The notes under the pieces are model-generated. The model had not been told where the DNA came from. It did not search any database and worked only from the letters and a program-made list of their open reading frames with translations. Below, one piece after another: positions 1-9,132 of a stretch of DNA of 35,288 bases (positions are counted from its first letter, which is position 1; each line of letters starts with the position of its first letter). A program made the translations under genes and the position numbers. Source of the DNA: Deltaproteobacteria bacterium (lineage in GTDB: Bacteria; Desulfobacterota; Desulfobacteria; Desulfobacterales; BuS5); assembly GCA_021157555.1 (NCBI GenBank), contig JAGGWL010000357.1, forward strand, positions 1-35,288, written 5' to 3'.

Positions 1-8
1 GTTTTTAG

Positions 9-515
9 GTGAAAGACCATATAGTTTTAATTTCAGCAGGTTCCAATATTGGCGATAAGTCAGAAAACTGCAGAAAAGGTATTTCAGCTCTTATCCGAAC
101 AAAGGGTGCCCTACTTCTTAAAGAATCAAAATTTTACAAAACCGGGCCGGTCGATTATACAGATCAGGACTGGTTTGTTAACTGTGCTGTTAAAATAAGT
201 ACCCCGCTTGAGCCGGTGGAACTTTTAACGGAGATCAAAAGAATCGAGTCTGAAGCAGGACGAAAAAAGGATGCTGTCAGATTCGGGCCAAGAGTTCTTG
301 ACCTTGATATTATTTTTTTTGATGACCAGATAATTGACCAAAAGATAGAATCGGATAATCTGATTATTCCGCATCCAAGAATGCATCAAAGACGCTTTGT
401 TTTAATGCCGATTTGTGATATAGACCCAAGCATTATACATCCGGTATTTAAAAAAAGTATCCGCATATTGCTTGCGGAGCTTGATAACTCAGGACAGAAG
501 GTATCTGAATTATAA
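9..515 (+). CDS. folK: 2-amino-4-hydroxy-6-hydroxymethyldihydropteridine diphosphokinase
   Basis: GSNIG, DQDWFVN, RFGPRVLDLDII and IPHPRMHQRRFVL HPPK motifs; GTG start. Confidence 0.95.
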   Translation: MKDHIVLISAGSNIGDKSENCRKGISALIRTKGALLLKESKFYKTGPVDYTDQDWFVNCAVKISTPLEPVELLTEIKRIESEAGRKKDAVRFGPRVLDLDIIFFDDQIIDQKIESDNLIIPHPRMHQRRFVLMPICDIDPSIIHPVFKKSIRILLAELDNSGQKVSEL

Positions 516-516
516 G

Positions 517-786
517 ATGAAATTACTAATATTTCTTGCTCTAATATATTTTGCTTTCAGGATGCTGAAGTCCAGTCTGCAGCGAACTGGAAATATAAAA
601 CATAATGCGCGCAAAAAAGCAGAATATGGCGGCGTTGCCGGAGAAATAGATGATGTAATGGTGCAGGACCCTTTTTGCAAAGTATATTTTCCGAAAAGAG
701 ACGCTTATCGTTTAAGATACGGCGGTACGGAACTTTATTTTTGCAGCGAGGAGTGTAAGAATAAATTTATAGAATTACAAAAATAA
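517..786 (+). CDS. Small membrane-anchored YHS/TRASH-domain protein
   Basis: N-terminal hydrophobic helix from ATG 517; DPFCKVY...YFCSEEC motif. The ORF-track start at 472 overlaps folK and is less likely. Confidence 0.75.
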   Translation: MKLLIFLALIYFAFRMLKSSLQRTGNIKHNARKKAEYGGVAGEIDDVMVQDPFCKVYFPKRDAYRLRYGGTELYFCSEECKNKFIELQK

Positions 787-806
787 GTTTCAATCAGGAG
801 ATAAAA

Positions 807-1451
807 ATGAAATTTTTTATAGATACAGCAAATATTGATGAAATTAAGGAAGCTCACAGCATGGGGATGGTTGATGGTGTTACAACTAATCCCAGTTTAA
901 TTGCAAAGGAAGGGCGGGATTTTGAAGAAATAATTAAAGATATCTGCGAAATAGTCGATGGCCCCATAAGCGCAGAAGTAATCAGCCTGGAAACGGAAGG
1001 TATGATAAAAGAGGCCAGACACCTATCCAAAATTCATAAAAATATAGTGGTCAAAATACCTATGACAGTAGATGGACTAAAGGCGACCCGGACTCTGGCT
1101 AATGAAGGCATAAAAACCAATGTTACTCTTGTTTTTTCTCCTCTTCAAGCCCTTATGGCGGCCAAGGCGGGCGCAACTTTTGTGAGTCCGTTTATAGGAC
1201 GAATAGACGACATTTCACAGGAAGGGCTTTTGCTTGTGGAACAGATAGTAGATATCTATAGTAATTATGGATATGAAACCGAGGTAATTGTTGCCAGTAT
1301 ACGCAATCCGCTGCATGTGCTGAATTCTGCTCTTTTAGGTGCAGACATCGCTACTATACCCTTTAGTGTGCTTAAAAAACTGGCGGGTCATCCCCTTACT
1401 GACAAAGGGATTAAAGCTTTCCTGGATGATTGGAACAAGTCACAGAAATAA
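807..1451 (+). CDS. fsa: Transaldolase / fructose-6-phosphate aldolase family protein
   Basis: [28 protein letters not shown] motifs; AGGAG RBS. Confidence 0.92.
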   Translation: MKFFIDTANIDEIKEAHSMGMVDGVTTNPSLIAKEGRDFEEIIKDICEIVDGPISAEVISLETEGMIKEARHLSKIHKNIVVKIPMTVDGLKATRTLANEGIKTNVTLVFSPLQALMAAKAGATFVSPFIGRIDDISQEGLLLVEQIVDIYSNYGYETEVIVASIRNPLHVLNSALLGADIATIPFSVLKKLAGHPLTDKGIKAFLDDWNKSQK

Positions 1452-1458
1452 TATTTTT

Positions 1459-2031
1459 ATGAAAAAATTTTCAAAAACAAAGATAAAAGAAATTCTGATA
1501 CATCCCAACAGCTTAACCTTGTTTAGAATAGCTGCGATACCAATCATTATTATTCTGATGATGTATCCAAACAGGTTTTGTTCATTTCTGGCAGCGCTTT
1601 TTTTCAGCGCTGCCGCTATTACTGATTATCTGGATGGATTTTATGCCAGAACAAGGGGACTCGAAACCAGTCTGGGAAAGGTGATGGATCCGGTGGCGGA
1701 CAAGCTGCTTATCTCTTCATCTTTCATAATGCTGGTTTCCCTGGGCTGGATTCCAGCCTGGATAGTTTGTGTTATAATAGGAAGGGAGCTTGCCGTAACC
1801 GGCCTTCGTACAATAATAGCTGGAAGCGGGGAAGATGTTTCAGCCTCAAACCTGGGCAAATACAAAACAGGCTTTCAGATAGCAGCGGCTATTCCTCTGC
1901 TGATTCATTCAGAATACCTGGGAATTAATTTTCATGAGATAGGCTATGTTTTATTGTGGGGTGCTTTGATATTCACAATATGGTCAGGTGCCGATTATTT
2001 TTATAAATTTAAGAAACTCCTTAAATTTTAA
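1459..2031 (+). CDS. pgsA: CDP-diacylglycerol--glycerol-3-phosphate 3-phosphatidyltransferase
   Basis: PNSLTLFRI and TDYLDGFYAR...GKVMDPVADK CDP-alcohol phosphotransferase motif; in-frame ATG 1459 just after the upstream stop. Confidence 0.93.
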   Translation: MKKFSKTKIKEILIHPNSLTLFRIAAIPIIIILMMYPNRFCSFLAALFFSAAAITDYLDGFYARTRGLETSLGKVMDPVADKLLISSSFIMLVSLGWIPAWIVCVIIGRELAVTGLRTIIAGSGEDVSASNLGKYKTGFQIAAAIPLLIHSEYLGINFHEIGYVLLWGALIFTIWSGADYFYKFKKLLKF

Positions 2032-2064
2032 AAAAGAAACCAATAAACCTATGGAAAATTTATT

Positions 2065-2511
2065 ATGAGCGAGTACAACCTGGATTTCTTCAATTGGACA
2101 GAGCAGCAGGCCGAATATCTCAAAGCAGGAAAGTTCTATCTGCTTGATATAGAAAATTTAGCCGAGGAAATTGAAAGTATGGGAAGAAGCGAAAGGCGGG
2201 AACTCTTAAATAGACTGGCAGTTCTTTTAATGCATCTGTTGAAGTGGCAATATCAACCCCATTTGCAAACCCGAAGCTGGAAAGTAACAATTAGAAATCA
2301 ACGTGGTGCGATTCTGGATCTTTTAGAAGACAGCCCAAGTCTGAAAAGTGTTATTGTTGATAAATTTGCTAAAGCCTATCAAAAAGCAAGACTTAATGCA
2401 TCAGACGAAACCGGAATACCGTTAAATAGATTTCCGGACTCCTGTCCCTGGTCTGTGGACAGAATTCTGGAAGAAAATTTTATACCAAATATTGAGGCAA
2501 TGGAAAAATAG
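2065..2511 (+). CDS. DUF29 family protein
   Basis: DFFNWTEQQA...LDIENLAEEIESMGRSE...LLMHLLKWQYQP...SPSLK...FPDSCPW pattern. Confidence 0.9.
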   Translation: MSEYNLDFFNWTEQQAEYLKAGKFYLLDIENLAEEIESMGRSERRELLNRLAVLLMHLLKWQYQPHLQTRSWKVTIRNQRGAILDLLEDSPSLKSVIVDKFAKAYQKARLNASDETGIPLNRFPDSCPWSVDRILEENFIPNIEAMEK

Positions 2512-2585
2512 TCAAAATTTAATTTATTTAACTGTTTTTTTATTGACTTAAATGCCGTCAACAGGTAAATATAATATTTTGTTGA

Positions 2586-2660
2586 GCGGGAATAACTCAG
2601 CGGTAGAGTGCGACCTTGCCAAGGTCGAAGTCGCGGGTTCAAATCCCGTTTCCCGCTCCA
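2586..2660 (+). tRNA. tRNA-Gly (GCC)
   Basis: GCGGGAA/TTCCCGC acceptor stem, CGACC-TTGCCAA-GGTCG anticodon arm, GGTTCAAATCC T arm, encoded CCA. Confidence 0.98.
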
Positions 2661-2667
2661 TTTTTTT

Positions 2668-2742
2668 GGCGGCATAGCCAAGTGGTAAGGCAACGGTCTG
2701 CAAAACCGTCATCCACCAGTTCGAATCTGGTTGCCGCCTCCA
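2668..2742 (+). tRNA. tRNA-Cys (GCA)
   Basis: GGCGGCA/TGCCGCC acceptor stem, ACGGT-CTGCAAA-ACCGT anticodon arm, GTTCGAATC, encoded CCA. Confidence 0.98.
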
Positions 2743-2826
2743 AATAGTCCTTTTTTTTCTGCAATATCCTCTTTTCATTAAAAATTATCTATTTAGCCTT
2801 TTCTAATAAAACAGGAGTTATTAAAT

Positions 2827-4053
2827 ATGATCAAGCGTGGTTATTATGACGGATTCGGAGGAGCCTTTCTCCCGGAAATCCTTGTGGCGACATTTAATGA
2901 ACTCGACAATGTTTTTGCGCAAGCAAAAAAAGATCCTGCTTTTTGGGAAGAGTATAAAGAGATAATGTCCGACTATTCATGCCGCCCCACACCTTTAACC
3001 TTTGCAGAAAATCTTACGCGACATTTTGGCGGACCCAGAATATATGTAAAGCGTGAAGATCTTAATCATACAGGAGCTCATAAAGCCAACAATGTAATGG
3101 GCCAGGGTTTGCTGGTTAAAAGAATGGGTAAAACAAGAGTGATCGCTGAAACAGGTGCGGGCCAGCATGGGGTTGCCACCGCCACAATGGCTGCCAAATT
3201 CGGGTTCAAATGTACTATATATATGGGTGAGGTCGATATGCTGAGGCAAAGGCCGAATGTTTTCTGGATGGAACGGCTTGGAGCTGAAGTAATACCCGTG
3301 CTTGATGGAACAAAAATTTTAAAGGATGCGATCAATGAGGCTTTCCGTGACTGGGTAAAAAATATGGATACTACCCATTATGTGCTTGGCACTGCCTGCG
3401 GCCCGCATCCATTTCCGGAAATGGTATCTTTTTTTCAATCTATTATCGGCAAAGAGGCGCGTAAACAGATCCTGGAAAAAGAAGGCCGGCTTCCTGCCCG
3501 GGTTTATGCTTGTGTAGGCGGCGGTTCTAATGCTTTGGGCATATTTCAGGGATTTCTTGATGACCCTGTTGAACTTGTGGGTGTAGAGGCCGGAGGCCTC
3601 GGCCTCAATTCGGGACGGCACGCTTCCCGCCTTGCTTCCAAAGATGCAAGCATAGGCATTGCGCAAGGATATAAAACATATTTTCTTCAGAATAATGACG
3701 GGCAGATGAGAGAGACCCATAGTGTGGCGGCGGGGCTTGATTATGTGGGTGTCTCTCCTATTCTTGCTAAACTCAAAGAAAATGGCCGTGTCAGGTTTGA
3801 ATCGGCAACAGATAAAGAGGTCATTGATGCCCTCTCCATGGCGATGAAAAAGGAGGGCCTGATTCCTGCCCTGGAATCTGCACATGCTTTTGCTCAAGCA
3901 TTTAAAGAGGCGCCGCAGCTTTCAAAAAAAGATATAATTATTATAAATCAGTCTGGCCGGGGTGATAAGGATATTTTTACGATTGCAGATGCTTTTAACG
4001 ATCCATCCTGGCGAGAATTTATAAAGGGTAAAGCGGAGGAGTATAATGCTTGA
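2827..4053 (+). CDS. trpB: Tryptophan synthase beta subunit
   Basis: KREDLNHTGAHK PLP motif, AETGAGQHG, CVGGGSNA, SGRGDKD. Confidence 0.97.
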   Translation: MIKRGYYDGFGGAFLPEILVATFNELDNVFAQAKKDPAFWEEYKEIMSDYSCRPTPLTFAENLTRHFGGPRIYVKREDLNHTGAHKANNVMGQGLLVKRMGKTRVIAETGAGQHGVATATMAAKFGFKCTIYMGEVDMLRQRPNVFWMERLGAEVIPVLDGTKILKDAINEAFRDWVKNMDTTHYVLGTACGPHPFPEMVSFFQSIIGKEARKQILEKEGRLPARVYACVGGGSNALGIFQGFLDDPVELVGVEAGGLGLNSGRHASRLASKDASIGIAQGYKTYFLQNNDGQMRETHSVAAGLDYVGVSPILAKLKENGRVRFESATDKEVIDALSMAMKKEGLIPALESAHAFAQAFKEAPQLSKKDIIIINQSGRGDKDIFTIADAFNDPSWREFIKGKAEEYNA

Positions 4054-4810
4054 ATCTTATCTGTTAAAAAAATTACAGGAAAAAAAGATTCTGTTAATGA
4101 CCCATATAGTATTAGGTTATCCGAATTTTGAAGACTCCTTTAGAATAATTGAAACTATGGTCAATGCAGGCGTAGATCTGATGGAATTACAGATACCCTT
4201 TTCAGAGCCTGTTGCGGATGGCCCTGTTATCCTCCATGCCAATCAAAAATCCCTGGCAGCCGGGGCAAGAGTAGAACGATGTTTGGATATGGCAGAGAAA
4301 GTTGCAGAAAGTTTTGATATTCCTTTTCTTTTTATGAGTTATTATAATATCCTTTTTAAATATGGAGTCGATAAATTTACCAAAAAAATGAGTGATATCG
4401 GCATATATGGCGCCATTGTTCCTGACTTGCCGCCCGAAGAGGGAGATGCCTATCTTAAAGCCATGACAAAAAATAATCTTGCTCCTATATTTATATTTTC
4501 ACCGACCACACCTGATGAACGGCTGAAATATCTCGCCTCATTTGGCGATGGTTTTATATACTGTGTGGCCAGAAAAGGGGTAACAGGTAAAAATACCAGT
4601 TTTTCAAAAGATCTGAACTCCTATCTTGCCAAATGCAGAAAAGCAACAAAACTTCCTCTGGCTTTAGGGTTTGGGGTTAAAGAAAAAAAAGATATTGATT
4701 TTCTAAAAGGTAAAGTCGATATAGCGGTTATAGGTTCTGAAACGATTCGTTTAGTCGATAATCAAGGGGTTGGAGTTGTAGGTGATTTTATCAAAAGTCT
4801 CAAAATATAG
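4046..4810 (+). CDS. trpA: Tryptophan synthase alpha subunit
   Basis: ELQIPFSEPVADGPVI, IVPDLPPEE, GVTG, LGFG; overlaps the trpB stop. Confidence 0.96.
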   Translation: MLESYLLKKLQEKKILLMTHIVLGYPNFEDSFRIIETMVNAGVDLMELQIPFSEPVADGPVILHANQKSLAAGARVERCLDMAEKVAESFDIPFLFMSYYNILFKYGVDKFTKKMSDIGIYGAIVPDLPPEEGDAYLKAMTKNNLAPIFIFSPTTPDERLKYLASFGDGFIYCVARKGVTGKNTSFSKDLNSYLAKCRKATKLPLALGFGVKEKKDIDFLKGKVDIAVIGSETIRLVDNQGVGVVGDFIKSLKI

Positions 4811-4854
4811 ATTTCCGTCTATTCCCATTCAGTGATATAAAATAGGATATTGTT

Positions 4855-5679
4855 ATGAATAAAGTTAAGGCTCTTGTCTTAACCGGTTACGGTTTGAACT
4901 GTGATTATGAAACCGCATATGCTTTGGAACTTGCAGGCGCAACACCGCACAGGGTTCATATTAATTCACTCATAAATGGAACAGTGATGCTGAAGGATTT
5001 TCAGATCATGATTTTTGTGGGCGGATTCAGTTGGGGTGATGATCACGGAGCAGGTGTAATTCAGGCTGTACGAATAAAAACCAATATCGGCGATCAGATT
5101 CTTGAATTTATTGAACATAACAACCTTGTGCTGGGAATTTGCAACGGCTTTCAAACACTGGTAAATATGGGCCTTTTACCCGCATTTAAACAAGACGCAA
5201 ATGCTGAACCTGAAAAAAACAGATCAGTTGCGCTGATATACAATGACTGTGGCAACTTCAGGGATGACTGGGTACATTTAAAGGTTAATCCCGCATCATC
5301 CTGTGCTTTTACAAAAGGATTTGACAGACTGGAATTTCCTGTAAGGCATGGAGAAGGAAAATTCTATGCCGATGAATCTGTAATCGAAAAATTGATTAAT
5401 AATAATCAGATTGTATTAAGCTATGCTTTGCCGAGCGGTGAGCCGGCCGGAGGGCAATTTCCATTCAACCCGAATGGATCGGTTAATGACATTGCCGGTA
5501 TATCTGACCCAACCGGACGTATTTTCGGATTAATGCCGCACCCTGAAGCATTTAATCACTGGACAAATCATCCTGACTGGACAAGAATAAAAGAAAAACT
5601 GAAGCGTCAGGGTAAAAAACCGACTACAGAACCGACTACAGGCATACAGTTATTTCAAAATGCAGTAAATTATTTTTAA
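4855..5679 (+). CDS. purQ: Phosphoribosylformylglycinamidine synthase glutaminase subunit
   Basis: GGFSWGD, LGICNGFQ nucleophile elbow, HGEG, NPNGS, GLMPHPE. Confidence 0.95.
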   Translation: MNKVKALVLTGYGLNCDYETAYALELAGATPHRVHINSLINGTVMLKDFQIMIFVGGFSWGDDHGAGVIQAVRIKTNIGDQILEFIEHNNLVLGICNGFQTLVNMGLLPAFKQDANAEPEKNRSVALIYNDCGNFRDDWVHLKVNPASSCAFTKGFDRLEFPVRHGEGKFYADESVIEKLINNNQIVLSYALPSGEPAGGQFPFNPNGSVNDIAGISDPTGRIFGLMPHPEAFNHWTNHPDWTRIKEKLKRQGKKPTTEPTTGIQLFQNAVNYF

Positions 5680-5686
5680 ACGTTAA

Positions 5687-5783
5687 GGAACGGGCACGAA
5701 ATAACTTCCACAAGTAGGCGGTGGTGGGCAGCGCCCACCACCTTACACTGTAACTCTCTGCTATTTAAAGGCGTCCCCGTTCC
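5687..5783. mobile_element. MITE-like element, GGAACG-end family, with internal GC-rich palindrome
   Basis: GGAACGGGCACG...CGTCCCCGTTCC termini flanked by TAA on both sides; first 30 nt match the element at 14895 with one mismatch. Confidence 0.8.
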
Positions 5784-5811
5784 TAAATCAAATTGACGGC
5801 GAGAACGGGCC

Positions 5812-7356
5812 CTAAATATATTCCCGAGATTTTGATGATTTAAGGTATTCAATCTTGTTCAGCCCATTAACATAGGCTTTGGCGCTGGCCACTATAATAT
5901 CCGGATCGGCTCCCCGGCCGAGGGCTATCAGACCGTTTTCCTTTAAGCGAACGGTTACTTCACCCTGAGCATCTGTGCCTCCGGTTAAAGCGCTGATTGA
6001 GAATCTTAACAGCTCTGCGCTGGTATCAGCCAGTTGCGCGATAGCATTAAAAGCGGCATCTATTGGCCCGTTTCCGTAACTCGCTCCTTTTACACTCCGG
6101 CCATTGATACCGAGCTTTATGCTTGCCATCGGAAAAACAGTTGTTCCGCTGGCTACGTGCAGATATTCAAGTAAAAATACGTCTTTGGTTCTCAAGATAC
6201 CTTCGGTAACAATTGCTTCAAGATCTTCATCTTCTATATTTTTCTTTTTATCAGCAATTTCTTTAAATTTGATAAATACTGTTTTCATATCTTCATTTGA
6301 AAGCTCATATCCCATCTCCTGAAGATGTGAGCGAAGAGCATGCCTTCCCGAGTGCTTCCCGAGGACAAGTTTATTGCTTACAAGACCTACTGTTTCAGGT
6401 TTCATGATTTCGTAGGTCATGGGATTTTTCAAGACTCCGTCCTGATGAATACCCGCCTCGTGAGCAAAGGCGTTGGCTCCGACAATAGCCTTGTTGGGCT
6501 GTACCATGATTCCGGTTATCATACTCACCAGCTTGCTGGTGGGACAAATAAGCTCAGTATTAATATCGGTTGATATCGGGTAAAAATTGGGTCTGGTAGT
6601 CAGGGCCATAACAACTTCTTCCAGGGCGGTGTTTCCGGCTCTTTCCCCGATTCCGTTGATGGTTACTTCGGCCTGGCCGGCGCCCGCACTAATTGCCGCC
6701 AGGGTGTTGGCCGTGGCCAGCCCCAAATCATTGTGGCAGTGAACGCTTAAGACCGCTTTGTGCATATTTTCTGTATTAGCCATAACATATTTGATCAATT
6801 CAACATATTCATGCGGAACAGCGTACCCTACTGTATCGGGCAGATTCACTGTTGTTGCTCCGGAGGCAATTGCTGCGCCAAAAATTTGACATAAAAAATC
6901 CCTGTCACTGCGTGATCCGTCTTCGGCTGAAAATTCAATGTTGTCAGTCAGTGTTTTTGCATATTTGATGGAATTAATAGTTTCCTGAAGCACTTGATCC
7001 TTGGTCATATTCAGTTTATATGCCATATGCAGATCAGAGGTGGCGATAAATATATGGATTCTCGGCTTGGCTGCTTTACAAACAGCGCCCCATGCTTTGT
7101 CAATATCCTCTTTGCTGGTACGCGTTAACGCGGCAATTTCAATATGTTTTACCCTTTTTGAGATCTCGGAAACTGCTTCAAAATCTCCTTCTGACGCTGC
7201 CGGAAAACCGGCTTCAATAACATCCACACCGAGTTTTTCCAGTTGCACCGCCAATCTCATCTTTTCCGCGGTATTCATGCTTGCGCCCGGAGACTGCTCG
7301 CCATCCCTTAATGTAGTATCAAAAAAAATTATTCTATCTTTCATTCTATCGTTCAT
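5812..7356 (-). CDS. leuA: 2-isopropylmalate synthase
   Basis: [37 protein letters not shown] and C-terminal regulatory domain; start may be ATG 7344. Confidence 0.96.
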   Translation of the reverse strand: MNDRMKDRIIFFDTTLRDGEQSPGASMNTAEKMRLAVQLEKLGVDVIEAGFPAASEGDFEAVSEISKRVKHIEIAALTRTSKEDIDKAWGAVCKAAKPRIHIFIATSDLHMAYKLNMTKDQVLQETINSIKYAKTLTDNIEFSAEDGSRSDRDFLCQIFGAAIASGATTVNLPDTVGYAVPHEYVELIKYVMANTENMHKAVLSVHCHNDLGLATANTLAAISAGAGQAEVTINGIGERAGNTALEEVVMALTTRPNFYPISTDINTELICPTSKLVSMITGIMVQPNKAIVGANAFAHEAGIHQDGVLKNPMTYEIMKPETVGLVSNKLVLGKHSGRHALRSHLQEMGYELSNEDMKTVFIKFKEIADKKKNIEDEDLEAIVTEGILRTKDVFLLEYLHVASGTTVFPMASIKLGINGRSVKGASYGNGPIDAAFNAIAQLADTSAELLRFSISALTGGTDAQGEVTVRLKENGLIALGRGADPDIIVASAKAYVNGLNKIEYLKSSKSREYI

Positions 7357-8959
7357 CTCCTGTCCCCTCTTTTTTTGACAACTTGTATTGCAAACTATCT
7401 GCCAAAGCCTGCCAGCTTGCCTCTATTATATCTTCGGAAACACCTATAGTACTCCAGATATTGTTTGTGTCTCTGGATTCGATAATCACCCTGACCTTTG
7501 CCTTTGTTCCTTCTCGTCCGTCTATTACTCTTACCTTGAAATCTACAAGCTGGGTTGATGAGAGGACACCTGGATAAAATTTATTCAGAGCTTTGCGAAT
7601 TGCATTATCCAAAGCGCTTACAGGGCCATCTCCCTCGGCAACCGTAATCTTCTCGACTCCATTGGCTGAAATTTTAATAGAAGCCTGAGAGGTGCATGGC
7701 CTGTCTTTTTCCTTTATAATTGTAACCATAAAGGATTTTAACTCAAACATCGGCTTGAACTGATCTTTAAATCTTTCAATCAATAACTTTAATGAACCAT
7801 CGGCAGTCTCAAACTGATATCCCTGCTGCTCCAGCTCTTTTATTCGGGTTACCAGCCGGCTGCTGTCAACACCGTCAGCATCCAGGTCTATTCCCAGTTC
7901 TTTGGCTTTATATTCCACATTACTCTTTCCTGAAAGATCCGACATCAAAACCCGCCGCTTGTTTCCTACCAGCTCCGGCTGCATATGTTCGTAAGCCAGT
8001 GGATTTTTCATAATAGCGCTTACATGGATTCCGCCTTTATGCGCAAAAGCGCTTTTGCCAACAAATGGCCTGTTGTTCAGGGGCGTCATGTTAGCTGTAT
8101 CGCTTATAAATCTTGATAATTTCTTTAGTTTTTTAATATTTTCGCCGGAAAGACATTGCATTCCCATTTTTAATGCCAAAATCGGAATAATTGATGTAAG
8201 ATCCGCATTACCGCATCTTTCACCGTATCCGTTAATAGTGCCTTGTACCATAACAGCCCCTGCCTGAACTGCGATTATGGAATTAGCCACAGCAAGTCCA
8301 CTGTCATTATGTGTATGTATGCCGATTTTAACCGGAAGATGGTCATATTGATTATATTTTTGTTTCAACTTCTTTGTCAGACAGGAAATGATAGTTTGAA
8401 TGTCAAAGGGGAGCGTCCCTCCGTTAGTATCACATAGCACAAGAATATCCGCTCCGCCGTCTACAGCCGCAAAAAGAGATTGCAGGGCATATTCCTTGTT
8501 AGCTTTATATCCGTCAAAGAAATGTTCAGCATCAAAAATTACTTCGCGTCCCCTTTTTTTTAAAAAAGCAACGGAATCATTAATCATGGCAAGATTCTCT
8601 TCAAGGCTGTTCTGCATGATCTGCTCAACATGCAGATCCCAGGTTTTTCCAACTATGGCGACTGCCTCCGTGCCGCTGTTAAGAAGCGCTTTCAGATTAT
8701 TATCATTTTCAGGAGTAATCCCCTGTTTCCTTGTTGCTCCGAATGCGGTTAACCTGGCATTTTTAAAAGTTATTTCTTTTGCCATATCAAAGAAAAGCAT
8801 GTCCCTTGGATTGGAACCAGGCCATCCGCCCTCAATGTAATGGATACCCATATCATCAAGCTTTTGCGCAATGACAATTTTTTCTTTAGCTGTAAAGCTG
8901 ATATATTCTCCCTGGGTACCATCTCGCAGGGTGGTATCATACAACAAGACTGAATCCAT
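7346..8959 (-). CDS. cimA: Citramalate synthase
   Basis: YDTTLRDGTQGE, EGGWPGSNP, FDAEHFFDG, GYGERCGN, AHKGGIHVSA typical of the bacterial CimA clade. Confidence 0.9.
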   Translation of the reverse strand: MDSVLLYDTTLRDGTQGEYISFTAKEKIVIAQKLDDMGIHYIEGGWPGSNPRDMLFFDMAKEITFKNARLTAFGATRKQGITPENDNNLKALLNSGTEAVAIVGKTWDLHVEQIMQNSLEENLAMINDSVAFLKKRGREVIFDAEHFFDGYKANKEYALQSLFAAVDGGADILVLCDTNGGTLPFDIQTIISCLTKKLKQKYNQYDHLPVKIGIHTHNDSGLAVANSIIAVQAGAVMVQGTINGYGERCGNADLTSIIPILALKMGMQCLSGENIKKLKKLSRFISDTANMTPLNNRPFVGKSAFAHKGGIHVSAIMKNPLAYEHMQPELVGNKRRVLMSDLSGKSNVEYKAKELGIDLDADGVDSSRLVTRIKELEQQGYQFETADGSLKLLIERFKDQFKPMFELKSFMVTIIKEKDRPCTSQASIKISANGVEKITVAEGDGPVSALDNAIRKALNKFYPGVLSSTQLVDFKVRVIDGREGTKAKVRVIIESRDTNNIWSTIGVSEDIIEASWQALADSLQYKLSKKEGTGDER

Positions 8960-9002
8960 GCTTTTCTTCTCCCTAAATTGAAAGATGCCGAATTTTTCTA
9001 TT

Positions 9003-9016
9003 TTTGTCCTCGTTCC
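9003..9016. repeat. Solo right end of a GGAACG-family element
   Basis: TTTGTCCTCGTTCC followed by TAA; matches the right end at 15061-15074 with one mismatch. Confidence 0.6.
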
Positions 9017-9024
9017 TAAGTCAT

Positions 9025-9132
9025 GTAATCGTTTACCAGTGCCTCAGGTGTATGCGTTCAGGGCGAGTGACTATAGTAAACCTATGTCGCTTGCCCTGAA
9101 CGTGTGCAGATGAGGCACTGGTGAACGATTAC
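9025..9132. mobile_element. 108-bp fully palindromic MITE-like hairpin (GTAATCGTT ends)
   Basis: 22-bp outer and 23-bp inner inverted arms; abuts the ilvC stop codon; no clear target duplication. Confidence 0.75.

Noticed and set aside
2379-2778. Minus-strand ORFs 2379-2693 and 2548-2778
   Set aside because: Antisense translations of tRNA genes.
5618-5641. 12-bp tandem repeat AACCGACTACAG x2 in purQ
   Set aside because: In-frame micro-duplication in a variable region near the C-terminus; only two units.
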